A stretch of 64,000 nucleotides of DNA from Leptonemataceae bacterium. Its GTDB lineage: Bacteria; Spirochaetota; Leptospiria; Leptospirales; Leptonemataceae. The notes below the pieces were generated by a model. The model was not told the origin of the DNA. It saw only the letters and a program-made list of their open reading frames with translations, and made no database searches. Below are positions 39,715 through 48,663 of the stretch, in pieces (positions within the stretch are counted from its first letter, which is position 1; each line of letters starts with the position of its first letter). The stretch lies in assembly GCA_965227295.1 (NCBI GenBank), contig OZ245742.1, positions 5,504,001-5,568,000 on the forward strand. Direction: 5' to 3'. The position numbers were made by a program, and so were the translations under genes.

Positions 39715-40983
39715 CTAATCTTCCGGACCGACCACCGGTAACGTCACCTCGGCGACAACTACGTCGGTAACACGATCACCGGTATGATCCTGGGCGTCGA
39801 GGATCTGAAACCGTCCGCCGTGAGCGCTGACCACGTACTGGACGGCGGGCAACCCCATGCCCGCTCCGAAGAGTTCGTAACGCCCGGCTTCGGGAACCGG
39901 GGCGTTGCGTCGAAAGAACGGTTCCAGGACCAGGCTGTGATATTCCTCAGGGACACCGTTAAATCCGTCGCCGACACGATTGCGCACACTGAGGCGGCAA
40001 TGTTTACTGCCGGCTCCGACAAAGACGTCGACGCTACCCCGGGACGGCGAGTACTTGCAGGCGTTGATCATGAGTTCTTCGACGGCGGAGTAGAGCTGTT
40101 TCGCATCCACGCTCAGCGAGCAACGATCCGCCTGGACGCCCAGTGCCGAAGTATCCGGAAAGTTCAATTGAATATGCTGATGCTGCGCGAAGTCCGCCGC
40201 ACGTTTGCAGTGTTCCCCAAGATGCCCGACGAAATCCCGCACGGAGACACGGGCGAACTGCAACGGCCGGGCCGTCATCTGTTCAATGTAACCCAGGCCC
40301 TGGAGCAAACGACGCGTATATTCATTGTTTCGCTTGAGCGATTCCACCAGATGCCGCGGCACCTCGCAGCGATTTTCGGGAAAGCGCGCCTCGTCTCGAA
40401 GCTTTCGAATCAAATCAATCGCCGCCGCCACGCCGCCGCTTTCTCCCAGGGCCGAACGCAAACTGTGCAGCGCGTTGCGTTTCACGGATTCCGCTCCGCC
40501 CTGCATGCGCGACTCTTTGTAACTCAACCATTCCAGTTGACCGCGAAGAACTTCCTCGGAACGATCCCGACCGCGTGCCTGCTTGCGCAAGTAAGCGAAC
40601 TCCAGGGCACGCATGAGAACGTCGCGAAAACGTTCCCGGTCAAAGGGTTTCACAAGATAATCAAAGGCGCCGGCCTTCATGATGCGTACGATGGCCGCGC
40701 GTTCATCCAGGGCCGTCTGTACCAGTACCACGGCCTCCGGTTGCAGGAGGCGCAGTTCGCGAATGAAACTCTCGCCGTCCATACCGGGCATCATCAAATC
40801 CACGACGTATACCGGATAACGCCGTCCCTGCTGGATCAACGCCAGGGCCTCGCTGCCGTCCGCGGCCGCATCGACGCGCAGTCCGATCGTTTCGCACAGG
40901 CGCTGCAAGAGCCGGCGATTCTCGAAGGCGTCTTCGACGATGAGAACCGAACTTGCATCCGCCGGCAGCACGGGAACGTTCAT
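39715..40983 (-). CDS. REC + HATPase_c signalling protein (paralogue 2)
   Basis: VLIVED, VVDLMMP and DYLVKP; ELMINACKYS, EPFFR and GMGLP. Confidence 0.85.
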   Translation of the reverse strand: MNVPVLPADASSVLIVEDAFENRRLLQRLCETIGLRVDAAADGSEALALIQQGRRYPVYVVDLMMPGMDGESFIRELRLLQPEAVVLVQTALDERAAIVRIMKAGAFDYLVKPFDRERFRDVLMRALEFAYLRKQARGRDRSEEVLRGQLEWLSYKESRMQGGAESVKRNALHSLRSALGESGGVAAAIDLIRKLRDEARFPENRCEVPRHLVESLKRNNEYTRRLLQGLGYIEQMTARPLQFARVSVRDFVGHLGEHCKRAADFAQHQHIQLNFPDTSALGVQADRCSLSVDAKQLYSAVEELMINACKYSPSRGSVDVFVGAGSKHCRLSVRNRVGDGFNGVPEEYHSLVLEPFFRRNAPVPEAGRYELFGAGMGLPAVQYVVSAHGGRFQILDAQDHTGDRVTDVVVAEVTLPVVGPED

Positions 40984-42299
40984 GCGGCGTCCTCCACGAG
41001 GGGCAGAAAGATCTCAGCATTCACGATCTCGCTGTCACCGTCCGCTTCGGTATGGATCGAAAACAGGCCGCCGTATTTTTTAACGGTGTAGTCTACGACC
41101 ATGAGACCAAGACCGAAATTGAAGGCCCGGGGATCGACCCCTCCTTCCGGAGGAACACGCAGTCGAAAGAAGGGCTCGGTCACCAGGTGCGCCCGGTCCG
41201 CGGGCACTCCCTCGCCCGGACGCACACGATTGCGCACGACAATAAAAGCATAACCGCTCGTAGCTCCCGCCACCGCCTCCACGGAACTTTCCGGCAGACC
41301 GTAGTGATGTGCGTTTAACAGTAACTCTTCGAGGATTAAGGACAAACCCCGGCGATCGACGCGGACGGTGAACTCTTCACCCGGCGTGGCCATCGAAAAA
41401 CGCAGGTCCCGCGCGGCGTAGGCGTCCCGGAGCGGAGCCTGCACCGATTCAATGAGTTCGAAAATACCGTCGCGGTGCAAAAGAGATACTTCCGGCGTAC
41501 GATCGACGATTTCCAGGACCCGGTCCAGGCCGCCGAGCACCCCTTCCACCGAGGGCAGATTATCGAACAACATCTGCGTGACCACGGGATCAACATTGCA
41601 GATGTCCGCCGTTTCTCCGTCCGCGACGGACTCGACCAGAAAATCGATGAGCATGCTCATAGTCCCGATGCCCGCGCCCTGGGACAGAAGGGTGCTCAGG
41701 TTCCGAATGGACTCTCGTTCCAGGGGCACGTCCGCGCGACGCCGATGCACTCCGCCGGTTAACTCCATCAACTGACGACCCAACTTTTCGCGCACGTCGA
41801 CACGCAGGTCGCGCTCCACCGCACGCAGGTGTTGAAACTCAAAGGCCTTCGCGAGGGCCATCTGAAACTGCTCGCGATCCGGCGGCTTTACGACGTAGTC
41901 GAACGCGCCGAGCTTCATGGCGCGGATGACCGCGGCGGGCTCTTCCAGCGCCGTGACAATCAGCACGACGGCGTCCGGGTCTACGGCACGCAAACGTTCA
42001 AGCAACGTAAAGCCGTCCATGATCGGCATGTTCAGATCTACCACGTAGACCTGGGGCCGACGCGAGGCTCGCTCCACATATTCGAGAACGACGCGACCAT
42101 CCGAAAACGTCATAGTGGTAAGGTGGAATTGATTGCAGTATCGCGAAAAGAGGCGTCTTTGTGCTTCGTCGTCCTCTACAATGAGGACCTGGACTTTCGG
42201 TTCATAAGATTTCACGATGATCACGACCGGAGACAGGATGCTTCCTCTTCGCACTCCATAACTCGCCGGGTATCTCGCCAGTATAATTTCAACCGACAC
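40980..42299 (-). CDS. REC + HATPase_c signalling protein (paralogue 1)
   Basis: VLIVEDD, VVDLNMP and DYVVKP; ELLLNAHHYG, EPFFR and GLGL. Start uncertain. Confidence 0.85.
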   Translation of the reverse strand: MSVEIILARYPASYGVRRGSILSPVVIIVKSYEPKVQVLIVEDDEAQRRLFSRYCNQFHLTTMTFSDGRVVLEYVERASRRPQVYVVDLNMPIMDGFTLLERLRAVDPDAVVLIVTALEEPAAVIRAMKLGAFDYVVKPPDREQFQMALAKAFEFQHLRAVERDLRVDVREKLGRQLMELTGGVHRRRADVPLERESIRNLSTLLSQGAGIGTMSMLIDFLVESVADGETADICNVDPVVTQMLFDNLPSVEGVLGGLDRVLEIVDRTPEVSLLHRDGIFELIESVQAPLRDAYAARDLRFSMATPGEEFTVRVDRRGLSLILEELLLNAHHYGLPESSVEAVAGATSGYAFIVVRNRVRPGEGVPADRAHLVTEPFFRLRVPPEGGVDPRAFNFGLGLMVVDYTVKKYGGLFSIHTEADGDSEIVNAEIFLPLVEDAA

Positions 42300-42353
42300 G
42301 GCTGTACCGGCGTTAAAAATTCATGAGAGTATGATGAAGCGAATGTTAAAGAA

Positions 42354-44072
42354 TCACAACAATGCACGAACGTCCGCGGACGTATGCGCGGCGCACACCG
42401 AACGCGCGAGTTCTTCGCAGCGCGAGATGTCCAGGTCGCGCAGCGCCGCGAACGAAAAACCCAACGCCGCCGGCGACACGCTGAGATGGCGAATGCCGAG
42501 TCCGATCAGTACGGGGACGAGGTCCGGCCGCGCGGCAATCTCGCCGCAAATCGAAAGCGGAATCGATGTCCGCGACTGAATCATGTCGATCAAACGAAAG
42601 AGGGCGGGCTGATAAAACAACTCTTCCCGGGCGAGGGTATTGTCCCGGTCCAGGCCCAGGGCCAGGCGCGTAAGATCGTTCGAACCGATCGAGAAGAACG
42701 CCGCGTTCGAAGCGAAGACCTCGGCCATCACTGCGGCGGCGGGGGTCTCTAACATCATACCAAGCGGAGTTTCGGGAAGCTGCACACCCGTGTCCCGCAT
42801 GATTTCATGTCGCAGATTACACAGGACTTCGCGCACGGCGGCCATCTCTTCGAAACGAGAAACCACCGGCACCATCAACCGACATAAACCGTTGCCGACC
42901 TTCGCTCGAACACAGGCGTGCAGAATGGCGCGCAACTGAGTTTCGAGGATACCCGGATTCGCCAGCAGAAATCGCACGCCGCGCAGATCGCGATCTTTCA
43001 CCGCCGCCTGGGGCGGATAGGGTTTATCGTCCCCGGCGTCGAGCAGACGCAAGCTCACGCTGCGCCCGCGAAAGCTTTCGAAGATGGAAGCGTACATCTG
43101 GATCTGCGCCTGGAGATCGTTCAAGAGCATCGGCTCTTTTAAGTACAGGAACTCGGTGCGAAACAAACCGACGCCGCTGATCGACGCCAGCCGCGGATCC
43201 TCTTCTTCGAGAATGCCGTCGAGATTGACCCACAACTCCGCGCGGTCCCCCGCGTTGCCCAGGGCGATCGGCGAAACAATCTCGGCCGGGGAAATGTCCC
43301 CCTGGAGATCGTTCAGGCGCAGCCGGAACTCGGCCTCCTCCTCCGGAGAGGGGCGGAGAATCAAACGCGCGTCGCCGTTCGCCGCGTCGAGCAACACCTT
43401 GTCACCGTCGTGAACGTGCTTCAGCAGCCCGTCCACGTGAACCAGAGCCGGGATGCCCCGGGCCTTCGCCAGGATCGCCATGTGACCGGTTACCCCGCCC
43501 TCTTCGGTGGCAATGCCGGCGCAGTTCTTACGCACGTGCAGCATGAGCGACGGCGAAAGATCCTGGGCGACCAGGATGGAGTCCGGCGGCAGGTTTTTGA
43601 GACCGGGGATGCGCACGTCGCCCTCGGCCACGCCCATGAGGTTCGAAAGAATGCGATTCGACATGTCTTCCAGATCCGCGGCCCGCTCGCGAAACACCGG
43701 ATTCTTAGCTTTTAGCAAAAATTCCTTAAGATGCGCCGTTTCCTCGGCCAGGGCCCACTCGGCGTTCATTTTGCGTGAGCGGATCTTTTCCCAGGACTCG
43801 TCGATGAGCATGGGATCTTCCAGGAGCAGCAGTTGTGCCTCGAAGATGGCCTCGATGTCGCCGCCGAGATTGCCGTCGCCGATGAGCTTCTGCATCTGGT
43901 CGCGGCTGCGGGCAATGGCTTCTTTGAAACGCTTCAGCTCCGGCCCCACCTCCTGCGGCATGAGTTCCCGGTGCGGCACCGAACTGGCGACACTCTCCAG
44001 GACATAGACCCGCCCCAGGGCCTGGCCCTCGGAGGCGGCAATGCCGGTCAATTCTAACGAAACTTGCGACAT
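42354..44072 (-). CDS. ptsI: Phosphoenolpyruvate-protein phosphotransferase (PTS enzyme I)
   Basis: GIAASEG, RERAADLED, phospho-His motif GGVTGHMAI, GVGLFRTE, IGSNDL and CGE. Confidence 0.9.
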   Translation of the reverse strand: MSQVSLELTGIAASEGQALGRVYVLESVASSVPHRELMPQEVGPELKRFKEAIARSRDQMQKLIGDGNLGGDIEAIFEAQLLLLEDPMLIDESWEKIRSRKMNAEWALAEETAHLKEFLLKAKNPVFRERAADLEDMSNRILSNLMGVAEGDVRIPGLKNLPPDSILVAQDLSPSLMLHVRKNCAGIATEEGGVTGHMAILAKARGIPALVHVDGLLKHVHDGDKVLLDAANGDARLILRPSPEEEAEFRLRLNDLQGDISPAEIVSPIALGNAGDRAELWVNLDGILEEEDPRLASISGVGLFRTEFLYLKEPMLLNDLQAQIQMYASIFESFRGRSVSLRLLDAGDDKPYPPQAAVKDRDLRGVRFLLANPGILETQLRAILHACVRAKVGNGLCRLMVPVVSRFEEMAAVREVLCNLRHEIMRDTGVQLPETPLGMMLETPAAAVMAEVFASNAAFFSIGSNDLTRLALGLDRDNTLAREELFYQPALFRLIDMIQSRTSIPLSICGEIAARPDLVPVLIGLGIRHLSVSPAALGFSFAALRDLDISRCEELARSVCAAHTSADVRALL

Positions 44073-44237
44073 ACTTACGGAACGATCCGGGCATTTGGAT
44101 CGTCTCATAAAGCAGACTGCGCGGGACTGTCGCATGTATAGTACTTTTGCGCTGGACGGGGCGGCAAAAACGGGCGCGCGACATAATTTTCGCTTGTACT
44201 ATCCCAAATCTTCCTTAATAACGACGGGATAATCACC

Positions 44238-44347
44238 TAACTCCGAGGACCGAGAAGCCGAGGTTTCAGGAGAGCGGTCGTAGCCGGAACGCGTGCAGGC
44301 TGCGCTCGCCCTCACATCTTTACTCGGATCCTCGGTCCTCGGAGTTA
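44238..44347. repeat. CCGAG(G)-triplet inverted-repeat element, copy 5 (short core)
   Basis: taactccgaggaccgag ... ctcggtcctcggagtta, ending 10 nt before the fliI ATG. Confidence 0.85.
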
Positions 44348-44357
44348 TCTTTAAAGA

Positions 44358-45737
44358 ATGGCCGAAGAACGCGCAAAGACTCAGGTCCTCCAGAAGTACC
44401 ACGATCTGCTCAGCGGCATGGACCCCATGCGGCCCATGGGCAAGGTCGTGCAAATCGCCGGCATGTCTATCATCAGTGACGGGCCGCCGGAGGCGTGCAT
44501 CGGCGATCTCTGTCGCGTGGAACTGGGCCACCGCCGCGGCCGCCCCGCGCCGGATCAGAAAGAGTACCTCGACTGCGAGGTCATCGGCTTCCAGGGCCAT
44601 CGCCTGGTGCTCACGCCCCTCGGCCCCACGGCCGGCGTCTTCCCGGACGCCATGGTCTTCGGCACCGGCCGTCGTCTCACGATCTCCGTCACCGACGATC
44701 TCCTGGGCCGCATCCTGGACGGCCTCGGACGACCACTGGACAATCGCCAGCCCGTCATCTCCACCGACAACCGTTCCCTCGATCGCGATCCGCCGCCGCC
44801 GACCTCCCGCGAACCCATCCGCAATCCCGTGGAAACCGGCGTAAGAGCTATCGATGGTATGTTAACGGTGGGCGCCGGTCAGCGTCTGGGAATCTTTGCC
44901 GGCACCGGCGTCGGTAAGTCGACGTTGCTCGGCATGATTGCGCGTTACACCCGCGCCGACGTGAACGTGATCTGCCTGGTGGGGGAACGCGGTCGTGAAG
45001 TGCGCGAGTTCCTGGAAAACGATCTCGGCCAGGAAGGCCTGAAAAAGAGCGTCGTTTTCGCGGCGACCTCGGATCGCGCGGCCATGGAAAAGGTCTACGC
45101 CGCCGGTTTCGCCACCAGCGTGGCCGAATACTTCCGCGATCAGGGCCTGCACGTTAACTTATACATGGATTCCCTTACGCGTTATTGCATGGCGCTGCGG
45201 GAGATCGGACTGGCCGCCGGCGATCCCGTGGGCATCGGCGGTTATCCGCCCGGTGTCTGGTATCGTTTGTCGCGCCTGGTGGAACGCGCCGGCGCGAATC
45301 AGCACGGGAGCATCACCGGTTTTTATACGGTCCTGGTCGAAGCCGACGACCTCAACGATCCCGTCGCCGACAACGCCCGCGGGATTCTGGACGGCCACTT
45401 TGTGTTGTCGCGGCGCCTGGCCCAGCGCGGTCACTATCCTTCGATTGAAATCACCGAATCGATTTCCCGGGTCATGGACAAGGTTATTTCCAGCGATCAT
45501 TTAACCGACGCCCAACGCCTGCGCACGATTCTTTCGGCCTATCGCGAGAACGAGGAGCTGATCAATCTCGGCGCTTACGCCCGCGGCTCCAACCCGGACG
45601 TGGACGAGGCCCTGGAAAAGATGGATCGCATCAATCGCTTCTTGCGCCAGGGCGTCGAAGAGAGCACGCGTTTGCCGAATACCGTGAAAGCGCTGCACGA
45701 TCTCGCCGCGGGCCGCGAACAGGAGGAGTTTTACTGA
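44358..45737 (+). CDS. fliI: Flagellar export ATPase
   Basis: GQRLGIFAGTGVGKST, GERGREVREF, MDSLTR and ILDGH; followed by fliJ and flbB. Confidence 0.93.
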   Translation: MAEERAKTQVLQKYHDLLSGMDPMRPMGKVVQIAGMSIISDGPPEACIGDLCRVELGHRRGRPAPDQKEYLDCEVIGFQGHRLVLTPLGPTAGVFPDAMVFGTGRRLTISVTDDLLGRILDGLGRPLDNRQPVISTDNRSLDRDPPPPTSREPIRNPVETGVRAIDGMLTVGAGQRLGIFAGTGVGKSTLLGMIARYTRADVNVICLVGERGREVREFLENDLGQEGLKKSVVFAATSDRAAMEKVYAAGFATSVAEYFRDQGLHVNLYMDSLTRYCMALREIGLAAGDPVGIGGYPPGVWYRLSRLVERAGANQHGSITGFYTVLVEADDLNDPVADNARGILDGHFVLSRRLAQRGHYPSIEITESISRVMDKVISSDHLTDAQRLRTILSAYRENEELINLGAYARGSNPDVDEALEKMDRINRFLRQGVEESTRLPNTVKALHDLAAGREQEEFY

Positions 45738-45809
45738 TGGGCGCTAAGTTTTACGTGGATGATCTTACCGAAATTTCGGTGCCGTCCGGAGAAGGTAGTA
45801 GCAGGGATC

Positions 45810-45917
45810 TTTTTTTGGGCGTGCCCCTCGCTGCGCTCGGGTCGGGCTCTCCAGGGCTCCGCTTCGCTCCGGTCCTTCGGACTCGCGCTGACGCGCGACC
45901 CTTCCGATCCCTCACGC
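45810..45917 (+). ncRNA. Flavo-1-like structured repeat/ncRNA, copy 2
   Basis: tttttttgggcgtgcc...ggtcgggct...atccctcacgc; closing stem GCGTG/CACGC. Confidence 0.6.
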
Positions 45918-45940
45918 AAGAGCTGCGACTCACAACTCTT

Positions 45941-46050
45941 GCGCCAGGGATGCGCAGGGTGGCCGAAGGCCAGTCCGCGCGAAGCGCGGACCGAAGCGAA
46001 CGCGGAGCCCGTAGCAGCCCGACCGGCGCGAAGCGCCGGGGGCGCCCGAA
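45941..46050 (-). ncRNA. Flavo-1-like structured repeat/ncRNA, copy 3 (inverted)
   Basis: Reverse complement reads ttcgggcgcccc...ggtcgggct...atccctggcgc, closest to copy 1. Confidence 0.6.
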
Positions 46051-46101
46051 CTGTTACTCGATGTTCATTAAGATTCGCGGACAGTTCTCGATAAACTAAA
46101 G

Positions 46102-46737
46102 ATGGCCCTCAAGAAATTCACATTCAAGCTCGATCCGCTGCTGCGCGTGCGCAAGATCGAAGAGAACCGGGCCCTGGCGGAGCTGGCAAAGGTCATGCTG
46201 CGCGTGAACGCCCAGGAAAGCGCGCGCACCGAGGCCATGCGCCTGTTCGAAGAAGAGATCGATCGCTTCGAACGCGAACAACGGGACAATCCGCGCTTTG
46301 ATCTTACGACCTGGCAGATCTACGATCGCTACTTAGAGCGCCTGGACAACGAGGCCGTGGAGGCCGCGAAGAAACTCGAAGAGATCCGCCCCGAGATGGA
46401 AGCGGAGATGGCCAAAGTCATGGAGGCGCGCCGGCAACGACGCGTCGTGGAAATCATAAAAGAACGAGCCCGCGCGGAGTACGACAAAGAATACCGCAAA
46501 GCGGAACGCCGGGAACTCGAAGAACTCAACCGCCGGAGAAATGTTGGAATCTTCAGGGACGAGTTAACACAAGATGACACCGAACGCAGATCAACAACTG
46601 CAGCTCCGGAGCGGGGCGAATTCTTCGATCCGGACGAATACCACGGCATCGACGAACCCACAACACCAGGCAAAGACCGAGACTACGTTTCCGAGTACTT
46701 TGAAAAAATGGGTCTCGACAAACCTCCGGGCTCGTAG
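46102..46737 (+). CDS. fliJ: Flagellar export protein FliJ with an acidic C-terminal extension
   Basis: KKFTFKLDPLLRVRK, coiled coil and ERRELEE; downstream of fliI. Confidence 0.85.
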   Translation: MALKKFTFKLDPLLRVRKIEENRALAELAKVMLRVNAQESARTEAMRLFEEEIDRFEREQRDNPRFDLTTWQIYDRYLERLDNEAVEAAKKLEEIRPEMEAEMAKVMEARRQRRVVEIIKERARAEYDKEYRKAERRELEELNRRRNVGIFRDELTQDDTERRSTTAAPERGEFFDPDEYHGIDEPTTPGKDRDYVSEYFEKMGLDKPPGS

Positions 46738-47047
46738 CGCCGACGCGTCGGGCGCTCTGGAAAAAAACGCTCAGCGCATTAAGGGCCTCACCGAGAATCT
46801 AAAAGAGAACGTTTTTGAAAAGATCATGCGCCCGTTTCAGACGGCGTTGGGCGGCGAAGAATCTCCGCGCACGAAACAGCACGAAATCGGCCGTGCCCGC
46901 GGCGATCTGCGGGGCTTCGAGATGAACATCGCGGACCTGAACCGGCGCATCGCGCACCTGGAACGCATCGCCGATCGCTGGCGCGAGGCGTCGCACGTCG
47001 TCGAAGATCGCGACGACCGCAGCGGCGGCTTCGATCACAGCGTCTAA
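46574..47047 (+). CDS. Hypothetical coiled-coil protein (true start probably near 46700 or later)
   Basis: Protein-like helical C-terminal ~100 aa fills the fliJ-flbB gap; the 5' part overlaps fliJ. Confidence 0.4.
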   Translation: MTPNADQQLQLRSGANSSIRTNTTASTNPQHQAKTETTFPSTLKKWVSTNLRARSADASGALEKNAQRIKGLTENLKENVFEKIMRPFQTALGGEESPRTKQHEIGRARGDLRGFEMNIADLNRRIAHLERIADRWREASHVVEDRDDRSGGFDHSV

Positions 47048-47087
47048 CGCAAATATCTTTTGAAACAAACTTAACGCAGGAATCACA

Positions 47088-47810
47088 ATGGGCAATTTAT
47101 CGGATAAGTTCAAGATCGGCTACTTAAGCATAGTCATCCTCTTCGCGCTGAGCGTACTGGTGTATCTGCTCGACACCTGGGGCGTCATCAATCTCGAAGA
47201 GTACGTCCCCCTGCTCTCGGAGGAGGCGCCGGTGGTCCCGGAGTCCACGGACGATCCGACGTTGCTCGAATGGGAACGCCTGGAAAAAGAAGAAGCCCGC
47301 ATCGAAGAAGAACGCCTGAAGCTCGAAGAAGAGCGCCTGAAGCTTAAGGAAATGCTCGCGGACATCGAGGCCAAAGAAGGCGAACTCGCCGGCCGGGAGT
47401 CGAGCTTAACGGAAGCTCGCACACAGTTTACGGAAGAACAACAGGCCCAGTTTAAGCGCAACGAAATGATCGCCGACATGGCCACGCGCATGACCAACAT
47501 GCCGCCCCAGGACGCCGTCGCCATCATGGCCGGCTTTTCGAATACCGACCTCGTGGACGTCCTGCTGCAAATGGAAGAAAACGCCGTGCAGGCCGGTCAG
47601 CAATCCATCGTACCGTTCTTGATGACCCTGTTGCCGCGAGACCGCGCGGCGCTTGTGGGCACATTGATGATGGACGAGCAGGCGCGCCGTTTGCCGGAGA
47701 CGGGCGGCTTCGCGGATGAAGACCTGCCGCCGGAAGACGCGGAGGATGCGAACGGCGCGGCCGTCGGCGGCGGGGAGGATGACGGCGGGGCGGAGGATGG
47801 CGCTAACTAA
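47088..47810 (+). CDS. flbB: Periplasmic-flagellum collar protein FlbB
   Basis: N-terminal TM helix, coiled coil and MPPQDAVAIM...DVLLQME...SIVPFLM; position after fliJ as in spirochaetes. Confidence 0.75.
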   Translation: MGNLSDKFKIGYLSIVILFALSVLVYLLDTWGVINLEEYVPLLSEEAPVVPESTDDPTLLEWERLEKEEARIEEERLKLEEERLKLKEMLADIEAKEGELAGRESSLTEARTQFTEEQQAQFKRNEMIADMATRMTNMPPQDAVAIMAGFSNTDLVDVLLQMEENAVQAGQQSIVPFLMTLLPRDRAALVGTLMMDEQARRLPETGGFADEDLPPEDAEDANGAAVGGGEDDGGAEDGAN

Positions 47811-47909
47811 TGACCATCGCATGTTATACATGATGTGAGCGCCGACGAAAACGAACGCTGGCAAGACCTCCGCGACAGCCGCACCGAAAAGAAGGCGGAT
47901 CAAACAAAG

Positions 47910-48644
47910 CTAAGCCGCAAAGATTCGCCGGCAAACTTCCCGCACGGCCGCATGCATGTCGTCCCAGCCCTGTTCACTCTGAATGTCGATGCCGCCGAAG
48001 AATCGGATCTTCCGACTGCGGATCAAAAGATAGAAGAGCGAACCCGCGAGCATCGGCGCAACGACCAGGCCGACTCGCGTCGCCTCGTCCTTTGAGTCCG
48101 GCTTCGCGTCGTCGACAATGACCCGCATGAGTTCGAGTCCGCGGCGTTCGCGCACCTCTTCGAGGATGGCCGTCAGTTCGTTGCGTTCCACCGTTTCCCG
48201 CGCCATGATTTCCACGGTCTCCGGACGCCGGCGCAACGCCTCGGTAAGATTGTAGAGCACGGTCGCGACGCGATCAGCGAGCGGCAGGGCCTGGATCGAT
48301 TCGAGCAGATCTTGCGGCAAAGACTCGATCGTTTCGTATGTTCGATCATCCGATGCCGGCAAGCCGGCGACGGCCTCGTAAAGATCGGGCCAGAAATCGA
48401 CACCGGCGGCGTACTCCTGGATTACACCCGAGAGTTCGCCGAAGTAGCGATAGATCAGCGTCTTGTTGACCCCGGCCTCCCGGGCCAGGGCATTGACACC
48501 CGGTCGGGCAAAACCGGAGCGGACGAACAATTTTCGAAGGGCCGCGAGAATTTTACGACGGGTCCCTTCACGATCGCGCTGCTTCGGTTCCGTTTTCCGA
48601 TTTGTCGCTTTCCGTTTCTTTGCTGCTTTTCGTTTCTTTGCCAT
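47910..48644 (-). CDS. TetR/AcrR-family regulator
   Basis: TRRKILAA...GVNALAREAGVNKTLIYRYFG. Confidence 0.92.
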   Translation of the reverse strand: MAKKRKAAKKRKATNRKTEPKQRDREGTRRKILAALRKLFVRSGFARPGVNALAREAGVNKTLIYRYFGELSGVIQEYAAGVDFWPDLYEAVAGLPASDDRTYETIESLPQDLLESIQALPLADRVATVLYNLTEALRRRPETVEIMARETVERNELTAILEEVRERRGLELMRVIVDDAKPDSKDEATRVGLVVAPMLAGSLFYLLIRSRKIRFFGGIDIQSEQGWDDMHAAVREVCRRIFAA

Positions 48645-48663
48645 GCCTGCGCGTTGAGCAGGA

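Noticed and set aside
2789..44347. CCGAGG repeats as a CRISPR array
   Set aside because: They are dispersed inverted pairs, not regularly spaced direct repeats, and no cas genes are present.
44358..45737. ATPase as an injectisome (SctN) or F1-beta subunit
   Set aside because: The fliJ and flbB context indicates flagellar FliI.
45737..46099. 120-aa and overlapping ORFs between fliI and fliJ
   Set aside because: They run across GC-rich palindromic repeats and have low-complexity R/A/G/S translations.
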